A DNA stretch of 64,000 nt from Babesia bigemina. Lineage: Eukaryota. The position numbers and the translations under genes are program-made. The notes under the pieces are model-generated. The model ran no database searches. It had not been told where the DNA came from and saw only the letters and a list, made by a program, of their open reading frames with translations. Location of the stretch: assembly GCF_000981445.1 (NCBI RefSeq), contig NC_027216.1:2294001-2358000 (forward strand), given 5' to 3'. Below are positions 12,595 to 24,142 of the stretch, in pieces; position 1 is the first letter of the stretch; every line of letters begins with the position of its first letter.

Positions 12595-15500
12595 TCAGTG
12601 CACCACGAGGCTGCCCGCGTCCATGCTGTACACAGTACGCACGGAGTCGCTGTGATGCTTCAGGTGGACGAGCTCCAGCAGGCTCACGAAGAGCCCGGCG
12701 AAGGACCACTTGGCCCCGGCGGGCTCGTACTGCTGGTACAGGCAGACGCGGTACTTGCCGGGGGAGCGGACCTTGACGCCGGTGAACTTCAGCGAATCGT
12801 CGCCGCGAACCACGTCGTAGACGGGGTCCAGCACCGCACGGGTGGCCTCCATGTTCTCGTGGATGTTGTCCTTGCTGCATGCTTGGTCCATGCTGATCAG
12901 CAGCATGGAGATGCAGTCGTTGAACCCCTTTCCCTTGATGGAAAACTCGCCCGCATGGGGAGCGGCTTCGGTGCTGGCGCGCAACTCGAAAGCCTGGCCG
13001 GGTTCCACGTGTGGCATCACGCAGGGCCTATGGGCGCCCTCGCACTCCAGAGTGCTGGCGTTGTCAAAAGGCGTGCACCGGGGCGCGCCGTCGTCGTTCG
13101 AAAAGCATTGCGTCTTGCCGCCCAACATACTTTGGCAGTTATCCGCACAGTCGATGGTGCAGGTCATGTTAGGCTTGCGCAGCTCGAAGAGCTGGGGGGT
13201 GCCGTGAGCGCCAGCCTCCACCTTCGCCTCAGACGATGCATGGGCATTTTCCTTCTCGTGATGAGCAGCCTCGTGCTCCGCTTCGTCCTTTGAAGATTTG
13301 TCCTCCTCCCCCTTAGCGGATGCGTATTTGGCTGCCTTGCCCTCACCCTCATGAGCGACATCAGAGGCAGCTCTGTGATCGGCGTGGAGCGCCACTTGGT
13401 GCGCCTCACTCGACACAGCTCGAATAGCGTGCTCTTCCGCATGATGGTCAGCAGATTCACCGGGAGTTTTCTGTTCATCAGCCACGCGGTCGGAGGCGTG
13501 CTCCTCTACGTGGGCATCCTCAGAGTCCGCCGCGGGTGAATCCTTTTTTGTTTCCTCCGAGGAACTGGTTGTATCATCATGCGATTTTTCACCTTCGGCG
13601 TCCTTGTCTGTTATGTCGCCGTTGGTGTTCTCCGTGTTGGTGTCGCTGCCGCTCTCGTTGTCACCCTTCTGGTCGCCGCTGTCGTCATCTTTCATATCGT
13701 GGCCGTGCTCAACAGTCTTCTCACTTTTGTCTTCATCTTTTGTATTGTGGCTTTCCTCGACGTGCTTATCACCGTTGTCATCATCCTCCTTATGAGCGTT
13801 GTTGCCATCCTTCTTGTCGCTGTCATCGTCGGCCTTGTGCTCGCTGTTACCGTCATCCTCGGCGACATGTTCAGCGGCCGACTCCTGCTCCTTCACGGAG
13901 TCAGAGGAATCCTGGTGCGACGAGTGGGTGCCCTTTTTGCAGCCATTCTTCAGAGTACACGTTTCACCATCACTCGAATCGTGGTGTTCATTGGAGTCTG
14001 ATTCCGACTGCTCCGACTCCGTTTCTGCCTCCGATTCGTGTTCATAGGAGTGCTCAAGCAGTGACAGCGCCACCGGCTCCTTCACCTCATGTGATTCGTT
14101 GCCATTCCCCTCACCTCCATGTGCATCTTTTGAATCGGACGTGTCAGCAGGTTTTTCATCGGCGTGCTTCTCACCGTCGTGAGATTCCGATGTGGAGTCT
14201 TTGTGCTCGTGACTTTCACTGTTCGATTCGCCCGATTCCTTGTGCTCTTCAGTGTGCGCAGTGTGCTCAGATTTATCCGAATCCTCAGACGATTTGGACT
14301 CCAACTTCTCGCCAGACTCGTTGTCGTTAGACTTGGCAGCATCGTTGTTGTCGGACGATTCCTTAACATCGCTGGATGCAGACGACTCGGTGTTCTCAGA
14401 TGACTTCGACGTGTCATTGTCGTTAGACGCGCTGTTGTCCTCCGACGATGTTGAGCTGTTGTGCTCATCAGACGAGTGGGATTCTGCGTGGGAATCCGAG
14501 CTGCTTGAATTCACGTTTGCCGAATCGTTGGAAGAATCGGACGAATTGTTGTTGGCATCCGAAGATCCATGATTGGACTCCGATGAGTCATGGGCGTTTT
14601 CAGAAGAGCCATGGCTAGACTCCGATGAGTCATGCGAGTTGTTAGACGCATCGTGGTTAGACTCCGATGAACTGCTGCTTGAATCGGATGAGTCGTGATG
14701 AGAATCAGACGAATCGTGCGAGGCGTCTGACGACTCATGCTTGGAATCAGATGACTCGCTGGATGTCGTGGATGACTCCGATGAGTCATGGTGAGAGTCA
14801 GGCGATTCATGGTGAGAGTCAGACGAGTCATGGTTGGAACTAGACGACTCGTGGTTGGAGTCAGGTGATTCGTGGCTGGTGGATGTCGACTCGTGGTGAG
14901 AGTCAGGTGATTCGTGGCTGGAGTCGGATCCGTGAGCCGCAGAATCCGAGGATTGCCCGGCATTATTTGACGACTCACTCTCCGATGCAGAAGCGTCCGA
15001 ATGCTTGTTCTCTGAGCTTGAGTGATCAGCGTCCGTGGTGGTGGAATGCTCGGTTGTGGTGTCCGTGGAGTGGGCATCACCCGATGTATCCTTGTTGTGG
15101 TCGTGCTCGTCGCTCACAGACGCTGCGTGATCATCCTTGTGCTCAGCGTTGGGCGCGTGGTCCGACGACGTCTCCTCCTTCTTGTGCTCGTCATGGTCCT
15201 TGGCCTCGCTGGTGGTCGAGGCGTGGTCGGAGCCCTCGTGGGTCACGTGCTCCCCAGAAGTTGACGAGTGATTCTCGTGGTCAGAATCCGAACTCTTGGT
15301 ATCGTTGCTGTGCCCAAGCGCGTCGTGTGCGTGAGCCTTGATTTTCTCCGCGTGACGCTCGCTCTTCAGGCGGCAGTTCGAGCAATGCTTGCGGCGGGAC
15401 TCTGGGCAACCATTAGCCGTTGCGTACACATCGACGCAGTTATTGCGAAACTAAAACTTACTTCTGCGGCGCTTCGACCTACGGCGCTCCAGAGAGCTCT

Positions 15501-15673
15501 CATCGCGCAGCTCCAGGAAGATAGGCTGCACATAATAGACACGCGGCGACACGCCTTTTACACACCTGGAACGACGAATACACCTCCAGAGAGGTGTGAG
15601 GCTGCTCGCACGAGGCGAATGCAGCCACGCAGGCTGCGAATAAGACAGCCGCGAACGCGCGATGGCAGACCAT
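12595..15673 (-). CDS. Secreted Ser/His/Asp-rich low-complexity protein with a C-terminal Cys-rich domain (RON6-like architecture), 3 exons
   Basis: Signal peptide MVCHRAFAAVLFAACVAAFA (ATG 15673); two GT-AG introns near 15400-15585. A long S/H/D/E tract precedes CTIDCADNCQ...QC...RC...EC...PC. The rhoptry-neck RON6 assignment is from remembered architecture only. Confidence 0.7.
14540..14930 (-). repeat. Degenerate ~21-bp coding tandem repeat (heptads such as HDSSESN/HESPDSH)
   Basis: Recurrent gactccgatgagtcatg and gtgagagtcagg units within the Ser/His-rich ORF. Confidence 0.75.
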
Positions 15674-15985
15674 CGCCCCAAGACAGCTACACACCTACAA
15701 CGCCCGCACACGTCGAGCAAGGAAATGCAGAGGGTGGTGCGTAAAATACGATTGACAAACAGTTGCCGACGCGTGATCGCAGAAGCGCTCCCGGGGACGG
15801 GTGCACTGTCTGCACAGAGGCGCCTTGCGATGCCGGCCCTACCGGAGAGCAGCCGAAACGCAGCCCAACGGTCGCGCCAAATCGCGCTACATTCGGAAAA
15901 AGCAGCCGCTTGAACGCGGCGTTGCCACATTGCTGCACAGAGCAGGGAGGTCCGCCAACTCAGGCTAGACACACACTCCGATTAC

Positions 15986-18532
15986 CTAGCCGTCGTTGCT
16001 GGGACAGACGAAATTGGTCGGCCAGTTCTGCGACACGATCAGGTTGAGAAACTCGGCGATGTCGAACGATATGCCTCGCCACATCACAACCTGCTTGGGG
16101 TCATGCAGAAAGCGGTTAACCTCCCGAGTACACCACGTCCCAATGGCAGCCGGGACGTCGATAAAAGCGCCAGCCGCTTGATACCACTTGCCTTTCACCT
16201 CGAAGTTCCTCAGAACGATATGATCCACGCGCAGATCCCGCATCTGCGGACTGCGATTCACGCACTTCATAGAAAGCTGAGCCTCCACGTCGAACGGAGC
16301 CGCGGTCTCGATCACGCCGGCGATCATGTTCTTCAGCCTGTCCTTTTCGACGGCGGCAAGGCGCACGTACGTCCTCAGCTTGTCGATTTTGAAAATGAAC
16401 TTGAACGTCATGCGCCGCTCGACGCTGAAGAAGTACTCGGCGGAGGTTATCTCGATGGTCTTCATGCCGCTGAACCAGACCACGCTCATGTGGAGGCGGT
16501 TCTCGGTGACCATGATGGGGTCCACGCCGACGCACGGCGGGTCAGGCGGGTCGTCGTCGAAGCCGCACTGGCCGACACTCTGCGGCACCTGCTTCCGCAC
16601 CAAACCATAAATCTCCTGGATGTCATTCTTGAGGAACCCGGACACCGCCTCAACGTTGACGTGAGGCGAGGGGTACGTCAGCGTGTACGCCGATATGGAG
16701 AGCAAAACCGCCACCGCCGTGAGCAAGCCGAAGAACGTACCTGACAGCCACTTCGAGTACAGCACTCGGCGCATCGACTCGATGTAGGGCACGAGGAAGT
16801 GAGGGCGCAAGGACGACTGGCGCCGCGGGCTGGTCGTACGGACCACGGGCCGGCCCATGGAGCCGCTGTACACGCTGTCGTCGGTGAACTGGTTGTCGGA
16901 CATCAGGCGGGCCAGGTGGCCACGGTCGGGGTGCTCCAGGTACTTCACGTAAATACGGATGTGGCTGAACTCCAGCTTCACATTTTGGTTCCAAATGTAG
17001 AAAGACGCGGTAAGCAGGAAGGACGACACTCCGAACGCGCCCATCATGAACAGAGCCGAGCACGTCTTCTTGGGTGGGATGATGACCGTCACGCGGTCAG
17101 CGGTGTTCATGCTCGTGATCGCAGCCATCGTGGCCAGGGCCACAACCTCGCCACACGACCACTCCGACAGCATGTTGCAGAACTTGAAAATGAACCTGGT
17201 GAAACGGATGTCCCACTCGTAGTCCATGCGCTCGTCGGTGTTGTCGGTTTCCGTGATCTCCACGGGCTGGCCGTTGACGCTGCGGTTCCGCATGCAGTAG
17301 TTGTAGCCGAACACGCTGGCCAGGAAGAACATGGAAAACAGCATCGGGATGACGATGCACAGGAAAAACAGCACCACCATGGATATCGCGCCGTATTCCA
17401 TGCCCAGCAGGTTCATCAGCATGTCGGTGTACGACATGGTCGAGGAGTCCACCACCAGGGTCTTGCTCTTCTCGATGGTGAAGCCGACGGTGAGCAGCTT
17501 CTCGTTGGTCATGAGCGAAATGCAGGACAGGATGTTGATCCCGGCCATCACGCAAATGAAGTCCTCAGACACGAACCAGCGCTTTTTCTCCAGGGGCTGG
17601 ATGCCCGGCTTGTCGGTGGAGCCCTCGGAGACCTGCCAGCTTGCGGACGAGCGGATGGACAGGTAACGGGGCACGATGGCGTACTTGATGGCCCACCACG
17701 AGTCGAAGATGTCCTTCTCGCCCTCAACGGCGAAGTTGACCAGTTGCGCGCCGGCGATGGAGAACAGGCAGTATATCACGAGATACAGCAGCCCTTTCGC
17801 CGGGCGAGCCCACACGAAGGCGCAACGCAAGAAGACCGCGTTCAGCAGCAGCACAACCACGTCCACCATCTGGAACTTGGAGATGAGCTTCAGGATCATC
17901 AGCATCTCGCGGGCGTACTTGATGTTGCCCTCGTCCTCCGTGCGGATCCCAGATTTGTCGATGGGCTTCTCGCCGAAGAACAGCAGCAGCTGGGAGCGGC
18001 GGTGGGCAACGGCGATGACGTACGCGATCGTGGTGACGATCATCTTCACGAACGGCAGCGTTATGGAAAACATACCGGCGATGATGACGGTGAAGTACGC
18101 CTTCTGGCGATGCAACGTCTTCAACGAGTGCAGCAGGGTCTCGTTGAAGGGCTGGAACACGTCCGGGTCGGTGAACTCGCCGGCGTCCAGGTACAGAATT
18201 GGCTCAAACAAACCTGCGATGTAAAAAGTGTACGCCACGATCAGAAACAGCACGCCCAGGTTCAGGATGTACTTGTAGATGCGCAGCCACAGCCGGTTCG
18301 AGGGTGAAATGTTATGGTACAAGATACGGTTGTCGGTGCTGCCGAAACGACGGCTGCCCGTCTCGCTCATCGAATCTGCACTCACATGGTTCTGAATCTC
18401 GACCCTCGTGACACTGTCACATTTCACCATTGACCTGTCCTCGTCTCTGCCCCGTTGCCGCTGGAAGTGATGGATCAGGCTGTTCACGCGGGGCATCTTG
18501 TTCGCGGACGCATCGGACTCCTCCGCGGCCAT
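15986..18532 (-). CDS. Polytopic membrane protein with two PqiA/LetA-like repeats and a C-terminal soluble domain
   Basis: About 9 hydrophobic segments. Repeat 1 has FSITLPFVK...ISKFQMVDVVVLL; repeat 2 has LCIVIPML...LSEWSCGEVVALA. Both resemble the PqiA FSxxxPxxK and KWSMxDVF motifs. Confidence 0.7.
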   Translation of the reverse strand: MAAEESDASANKMPRVNSLIHHFQRQRGRDEDRSMVKCDSVTRVEIQNHVSADSMSETGSRRFGSTDNRILYHNISPSNRLWLRIYKYILNLGVLFLIVAYTFYIAGLFEPILYLDAGEFTDPDVFQPFNETLLHSLKTLHRQKAYFTVIIAGMFSITLPFVKMIVTTIAYVIAVAHRRSQLLLFFGEKPIDKSGIRTEDEGNIKYAREMLMILKLISKFQMVDVVVLLLNAVFLRCAFVWARPAKGLLYLVIYCLFSIAGAQLVNFAVEGEKDIFDSWWAIKYAIVPRYLSIRSSASWQVSEGSTDKPGIQPLEKKRWFVSEDFICVMAGINILSCISLMTNEKLLTVGFTIEKSKTLVVDSSTMSYTDMLMNLLGMEYGAISMVVLFFLCIVIPMLFSMFFLASVFGYNYCMRNRSVNGQPVEITETDNTDERMDYEWDIRFTRFIFKFCNMLSEWSCGEVVALATMAAITSMNTADRVTVIIPPKKTCSALFMMGAFGVSSFLLTASFYIWNQNVKLEFSHIRIYVKYLEHPDRGHLARLMSDNQFTDDSVYSGSMGRPVVRTTSPRRQSSLRPHFLVPYIESMRRVLYSKWLSGTFFGLLTAVAVLLSISAYTLTYPSPHVNVEAVSGFLKNDIQEIYGLVRKQVPQSVGQCGFDDDPPDPPCVGVDPIMVTENRLHMSVVWFSGMKTIEITSAEYFFSVERRMTFKFIFKIDKLRTYVRLAAVEKDRLKNMIAGVIETAAPFDVEAQLSMKCVNRSPQMRDLRVDHIVLRNFEVKGKWYQAAGAFIDVPAAIGTWCTREVNRFLHDPKQVVMWRGISFDIAEFLNLIVSQNWPTNFVCPSNDG

Positions 18533-19066
18533 TGCGCCGACCAGAAGGGACCCTCAAACACGCTTGTAGAAGCTGGATCGGAAAGGGGAGCACCCGAAGG
18601 TGACTGGCGTCCGCAACCAAAGGCGGAATCCAGGAGCCGCCGAACCTAACACTTATGATTACACATCATCTGGCAATCGACTGAAAAATATCCCTCATAA
18701 TCTGAATCGTTACTGTGGTGGGAAGGGCGGCGAACTTATAGACGCTAGGTGCGTGGAAACAAGCCGCAACTCCCATTGTGGGATGCGCGCAACACACCGA
18801 ACGAACGCCGCCCTGCATCCAAGCGCCGCCAAACGGCCCATTACACAATACTCAGGGGCGCAGTTGTATGAGCGGCAAGCGGCGGCGCCGCATCTGGCGA
18901 ACGCGCTTTGCGTCGCTATACCCCGAGCTGCCGCCGTCTCCCCGAGACCGCCGCTAACACGAAGAGGAATGGCACGGTGTAGGCTGCAGAGCTCACTTCG
19001 GCTATTTTAAACGATCTAGAGTTCCGATAAGCTGGCGATTCCGCCAGAGGGCGCCGCTCCGGCGTC

Positions 19067-22000
19067 CTACGGCCCAGGCCGCTGCATGACGGCGAGAGTG
19101 GCGGAGAGACTGCCGCAGTACGCACTTTGCACGTCCAGCAGCGCGCATTCCGACGCGCACGAGTACACGTAGATGATGGGACGCGCGCGGCCGTCGTCCA
19201 GGCGTAAGTGGCTCCAGGCGCACAGCCGCCCGGCCTCCGTCAGCACGTTGGATTCCCACAGCCCCGCGCTGCAACGCACCACCGGCGACCTCAGCACGGC
19301 GCGGTCGACCGCCAGGGGCGTCGGCAGGGCGAAGGTGTGCTGCAGTTCCCTGCCGCCCCGCACGCAGAGCGCAGTCCCGAAGACGAAGACCTCGTACTTG
19401 CTGGTGACGGCCAGCGTGAAGTTGCCGCCGCAGGACAGCGAAACCACCCTGTCGGGGAGGTCCACCGGCCTCGGCGAGCGGCGCTCGGGGAACTCGTGCC
19501 CCAGCTGGCCGTTGGTGCTGCGGCCGAAGGACAGGACCTGCCCGCCCGCGGTCAGCAGGTAGCTCACGCGGCGCCCGCAGTGCGCCTCTTCCGCACGCTC
19601 GCCGCGCAGCCACTCCCCGGCAGGAACCTCCGCCGGGGTCAGAATGTCCTCGTTGAACGACGGCAGGTTCAGGTCGACGTGGCTGCCCCAAACCAGCACC
19701 TCCCCATTCACTCCCACCGCGCAGTTGTGGTACGCGCCCACGCCGACGGAGCGCACGTGGATCGGCTGCCCGTCCCTGAACGGCATGCGGATGAGCGTGG
19801 GCGACTTTATCGCCGCAGTGGACGGGGCCACGCCGCACTGCCCGTTGGCGTTGCCGCCCCAGCCGTAGAGCGTGCCGTCGCTCAGCAGCAGCACCGCGTG
19901 CTCCGCGCCGCACTTGACGGACGTCACCTGCAGCGGCGGCGGCACCGTTGCCAGGAGGCGGGGCAGCCGGGACCCGCCGCCGAACGCGTACACCTCCCTG
20001 TCGTCCAGCACGGCCACGCTGTGGCGCAGGCACATGCCCACCGATGTCATCCCGGGCGGTTTGGAGCCGCCCTTGCAAAGCAGCTGCTCCAAGCACGTCG
20101 ACCACCCGCTGGGGTACGCGGGACGATGGTCAGAGTACACGTTCACATGCACCGGCAACAGGCGGCGGTTCCTCGACGCGGCGCTCCGCTGCAGCACGCG
20201 GTGCGCGCACTCGGTCTCCTCGGTCGTCAGGCGCTCGAGCAGCTGCCGACTCGCGCCGTCCAGCAGCCGGTTGCGCTCCACACGCACCACGGACGACTGG
20301 TTGTAGCGCCGCCAGTGGTCCTTGATGGTCGCACCCGCGCGCTGCACGCGCGTTATGTCCTTGTTGCACGCCCGCGGCCAGCAGAACTTCTGCAGCGACA
20401 GCACGGCGTCGTGCGCCGCCAGCAGCTGCCGGTGGAACACCACGGACCGCGCCAGGGTCTGCACCACGGCCAGGCGCTGTATTGCGCGCAGACGCTCGCG
20501 GATCTGCCGGCACCTGAGGCCCACGTCGCGGGGCAGGTGGTTGATGGCCAGGCACATCCGGAACAGGGACTGGATGCGAGTGGCGGGCACACGCAGCCCC
20601 AGCAGGTGGCGGTAACCCTTCCTGCACAGGTACCCGCGCACGTGCTTCTGGATCATCGTGGCGGCGAACTCGGTGAGGCGCCGCAGTCGCAGGTTGTTCA
20701 GCCGGCGGATGGCCACGTGCATGCGCCAAAAGGAGGCGATCGTCGTCGCGGCGCGGACGAACCTGCGCTCATCGCACGCGAGCACCATGAACCTGCAAAC
20801 GCCCACCACACGGACGACCGTTTTGACGCGGCGCAGATTGGCGGTCGCACGCAGGCGGCGCTGCTCGGCGCGTTTGGCCTCCAACTGCCGGAGGTAACGG
20901 CGGCGGCAGATGAACATGCGGCACCACGCCTGAATGGTGGTCGCGGCGCCGACCCGCGGGTCCTCGTTCAGCATGAAGTCGAGCGCCAACACCAGACCCA
21001 CGAACTCGTTCGCGCGCTCGCGCATCGCGATGCTGGACGCCTGGATGACGTAACGCCGCATGTTGGACTGGATGCGGATGATGGCGGAACGGCTGCGCTC
21101 CAGGTGGCGCCGGTTGCGCCACACCCTCATGATGCTGTACAGCGCCGCGGTCAGCGGCTTGGACGCCTGGCTGTACTGCAGAAACACCTTCTCCAGCATC
21201 ATCCAGCCGTTCTTCTTCAGAAACACCTTGGTGTGGCCCACCTGGTACTCGTTCTCGTCGATGCCCAGGTTGCGCATGATCGTCACGATCGAGCTCTTCA
21301 TGTCGCTGCCGCCGGACGACTGGAAGTTCAGGAAGGAGTTCAGGAACTCGTTGTCCTGGATGAACTTCTCGAACGTGGCGCGGTAAGCGAAACCGCGGTG
21401 GATGGTCTGGATGGCCTCCACGATGGACAGCGAAATCAGCTGCCCGTACACGTTGCGGGTCTCGAACAGCAGCGGCTGCTTCTGTTGGTTGGTCTTGATG
21501 CAGCGGATGAAGTGCGACTCGGTCTCGTTCAGGGTCCGCATCAGCGCGCCGATGGAGCTCTGGAACTTCGACCCCAGGAACTTGCCCTTCATGTTCCCGG
21601 TCTCGGCTGGGATGCGCGCGGAGCTTTCGCGCACAATGCTGTTGCTGGAGTTGTGCAGCAGCTCCAGGATCGCCGGGCTCAGCTTGTGCTTGTTCTTCGC
21701 CACGAACTCGTCGGTCTCGTACGTCACGCCCGTCGCGGTGTGGATGACGGTGAACCGGCAGACGGCGCCCTGCGCGGGCACGAACAGCTCGCTCTTGATC
21801 TTGGACTTGCAGCTCGCGGTGAAGCGCTCCGCGGAGCCCGTCTGGATCAGGCACTGCTCCTCCAGGAACGAGAAGATCGAGCAGTTGGGCTTGTCGAACA
21901 CCAGCAGCACCTCGGAGTTGTCGGTGTACGAAATCGACGAGTGGTTGATGCCCTCCGCGTCGTACTCCGCGATCTCCGACGCGAACACGCGGTTGATGAA

Positions 22001-23476
22001 GTACTGCTGCAGACGCTCGTTCGCGTAGTTGATCAGCAGCTGCTCGTACGTGTTGCGCTGGAAGTACTCGAACCCGTAAATGTCCAGGATGCCGATCCAA
22101 CGCTGCGCGCTGTCGTCGAACTGGATGATGCTGTTGATCTTGTCGATGCAGAACTCGAACAACGCGCCGTACAGGTCCTTCGCCAGCGCGCGGACGTTCA
22201 CCTCCGCCGCAGGCACAGTTATGGCGGACGCGATGTCGTTGCCCTGGATCTTCACGACCTTCGTCGTCAACGCGCGCTCGGCCTGCTCGCTGCCGAACCC
22301 CAGCAGCCCGCACAGCTGCTCGAAGTCGTCGCGGTTGGACACGGACGCGGCGTTCTCGACGCCCATCGCCGCAACCTCGGTGAACTCGATGTTGCCGCAC
22401 AGCAAAATGCCCGCAATGCAGCGCATGAAGTCGGCGAACCCGGAGTCGGGGCACAGCGTCTGCAGCTCGCGGCGCACGGCGGCGAACTCCTTCACGTCGT
22501 CGATGCCGGGCGCGTCGCAGCACTTGCCGCCGTTCAGAAAGCGGTACGACTCCATCGGGCGGAACCCGTACGACTGCTTCTCCTCCACGGTGAGGCCCTT
22601 GAGGCACTGGTAGAAGATGTGGTAGTTGCGCTCGTCCTCGGCCTGGAACTCGATGCGGGACAGCTCCAGCATGTAGCTGCAGATGATCCCGCCTTTCAGC
22701 CCGCCCTCGGGCGCAACCAGGATCTTGATGAACTTGCCGAAACGCGAGCTGTTGTTGTTGCGCAGCGTCTTCGCGTTGCCGAACGCCTCCAAAATCACGT
22801 TGGACCCCATCACCACCTGCTGCACGTTGTCCGAGCTCTTGCTCGGACCGTACGCGAAGAAGCTCATCAGCTGCTTCGCAGTCTCGGTCTTGCCCGCGCC
22901 GGACTCGCCGCTCACGATGCACGACTGGCACTGCCCGTTGCGCAGCAGCCCGCTGATTGCGCACTGCGCAACCGCGTAAGTGTGAGGCGGCACGTCCGAC
23001 GGGAACCCCATGGCGCTGTCGGACTTCCGGTAGCGCTCGATGACGTTCGGGCCGTACAGGTCGGGGATCAGCCGAAACGGGTTCAGCACAATCAGCAACT
23101 TACCGGCGTACGTGTAGATCAGGTTGGACATGAAACGCGTGCGCAAAATGTCCAGAACCACGGCGCTGTTCGCATGCGGGAGCTTCACCAGGTCGTGGGT
23201 CTCCAGCGGCGCGTTCATGACGTCCACGTTCAGGCAGTGCTCGAACGGCACCGTCAGCTGCTCGCCGTTGTACGACACGGACACCTTGTCGGCGGAGTAC
23301 GACTTCACCGTCACCAGCGCGAACAGCTCGTCGCTGTCCACCTTGATCCACACATGCTGGCCTATCAGGTAGTCCATGTTTTCGACACGCGACTCCATGC
23401 GCAGGAAGTGGTCCCCTCCGCCCTTGCCGCCGGGCTTCGCCTTGCCGGCGGCAGACGCCGACGCAGGACCGGCCAT
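19067..23476 (-). CDS. MyoH: Class XIV myosin with an IQ-motif neck and RCC1/ATS1 tail (myosin H orthologue)
   Basis: Motor motifs GESGAGKT, LEAFGNAKT, NNNSSRFGK and DIYGFE; multiple IQ motifs (IQSNMRRY, IQAWCR, IQKHVRGY); RCC1 repeats (YGWGGNANGQCG, FGRSTNGQLG). First ATG at 23476. Confidence 0.9.
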   Translation of the reverse strand: MAGPASASAAGKAKPGGKGGGDHFLRMESRVENMDYLIGQHVWIKVDSDELFALVTVKSYSADKVSVSYNGEQLTVPFEHCLNVDVMNAPLETHDLVKLPHANSAVVLDILRTRFMSNLIYTYAGKLLIVLNPFRLIPDLYGPNVIERYRKSDSAMGFPSDVPPHTYAVAQCAISGLLRNGQCQSCIVSGESGAGKTETAKQLMSFFAYGPSKSSDNVQQVVMGSNVILEAFGNAKTLRNNNSSRFGKFIKILVAPEGGLKGGIICSYMLELSRIEFQAEDERNYHIFYQCLKGLTVEEKQSYGFRPMESYRFLNGGKCCDAPGIDDVKEFAAVRRELQTLCPDSGFADFMRCIAGILLCGNIEFTEVAAMGVENAASVSNRDDFEQLCGLLGFGSEQAERALTTKVVKIQGNDIASAITVPAAEVNVRALAKDLYGALFEFCIDKINSIIQFDDSAQRWIGILDIYGFEYFQRNTYEQLLINYANERLQQYFINRVFASEIAEYDAEGINHSSISYTDNSEVLLVFDKPNCSIFSFLEEQCLIQTGSAERFTASCKSKIKSELFVPAQGAVCRFTVIHTATGVTYETDEFVAKNKHKLSPAILELLHNSSNSIVRESSARIPAETGNMKGKFLGSKFQSSIGALMRTLNETESHFIRCIKTNQQKQPLLFETRNVYGQLISLSIVEAIQTIHRGFAYRATFEKFIQDNEFLNSFLNFQSSGGSDMKSSIVTIMRNLGIDENEYQVGHTKVFLKKNGWMMLEKVFLQYSQASKPLTAALYSIMRVWRNRRHLERSRSAIIRIQSNMRRYVIQASSIAMRERANEFVGLVLALDFMLNEDPRVGAATTIQAWCRMFICRRRYLRQLEAKRAEQRRLRATANLRRVKTVVRVVGVCRFMVLACDERRFVRAATTIASFWRMHVAIRRLNNLRLRRLTEFAATMIQKHVRGYLCRKGYRHLLGLRVPATRIQSLFRMCLAINHLPRDVGLRCRQIRERLRAIQRLAVVQTLARSVVFHRQLLAAHDAVLSLQKFCWPRACNKDITRVQRAGATIKDHWRRYNQSSVVRVERNRLLDGASRQLLERLTTEETECAHRVLQRSAASRNRRLLPVHVNVYSDHRPAYPSGWSTCLEQLLCKGGSKPPGMTSVGMCLRHSVAVLDDREVYAFGGGSRLPRLLATVPPPLQVTSVKCGAEHAVLLLSDGTLYGWGGNANGQCGVAPSTAAIKSPTLIRMPFRDGQPIHVRSVGVGAYHNCAVGVNGEVLVWGSHVDLNLPSFNEDILTPAEVPAGEWLRGERAEEAHCGRRVSYLLTAGGQVLSFGRSTNGQLGHEFPERRSPRPVDLPDRVVSLSCGGNFTLAVTSKYEVFVFGTALCVRGGRELQHTFALPTPLAVDRAVLRSPVVRCSAGLWESNVLTEAGRLCAWSHLRLDDGRARPIIYVYSCASECALLDVQSAYCGSLSATLAVMQRPGP

Positions 23477-24142
23477 CGTTACTTCACACGCGCTAGCACG
23501 AGAGATGCGATCGGAAATGCACTCTGGAATAGGCACACATCACCACGAGTTAGACAGACCATGGCAGTCTGCACATCACCCAGAGCGCTACGGCATAGCC
23601 GTGCGAAAGATAGTAACCATAGTTTTTAGTATTCAGTGGTGCGGAATTGATCAGACATGGTAGATGTGTACGTGCGCTTCTGCAGCATGGGAGCGACTCG
23701 CAGCCGACGCCGACGGCAGCAGAGTCGGTGACGGGGGCACAGTGCCGCGGAAGCAAAAGTCGATTCAGTTAGATTCTACGATGAGTGTCTAATATGCCTG
23801 TATGTGTATCGTGATGCTCTACAGTAGACCTCCGTTCCCAGACGTTCCGGACGGCAAACGGCACGGTCCGTGCCGCCGATTTAACGTCACGCCAACCGCC
23901 TTAGGTTCAATACAGCCGTGTATAGTCACAACTATTCCTGTTGCAACTGTTTTTTTGAGTGGCAGGCGCCCATAAGGCCAACCTACGCTGCTACGGCCAA
24001 GCCAGTGAAACCGATGTGTACGTGCTAAGTTCACTGTACCACGAGCACAGCAGTAAAAATACAAGTAGATACTAAACAGCACGTGTGCCTACGTAAGACC
24101 GAAGCGCGGCTTAGCCCTCGACGCAGTAACACAAATAGCAAA

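Noticed and set aside
9619..18307. Long antisense ORFs 9619-11070 and 16799-18307
   Set aside because: Mirror-frame artefacts of GC-rich coding genes on the other strand.
19208..23629. 1473-aa + strand ORF and 731-aa alternative-frame ORF overlapping myosin
   Set aside because: Shadow ORFs caused by strong GC3 bias of the myosin gene; no recognisable motifs.
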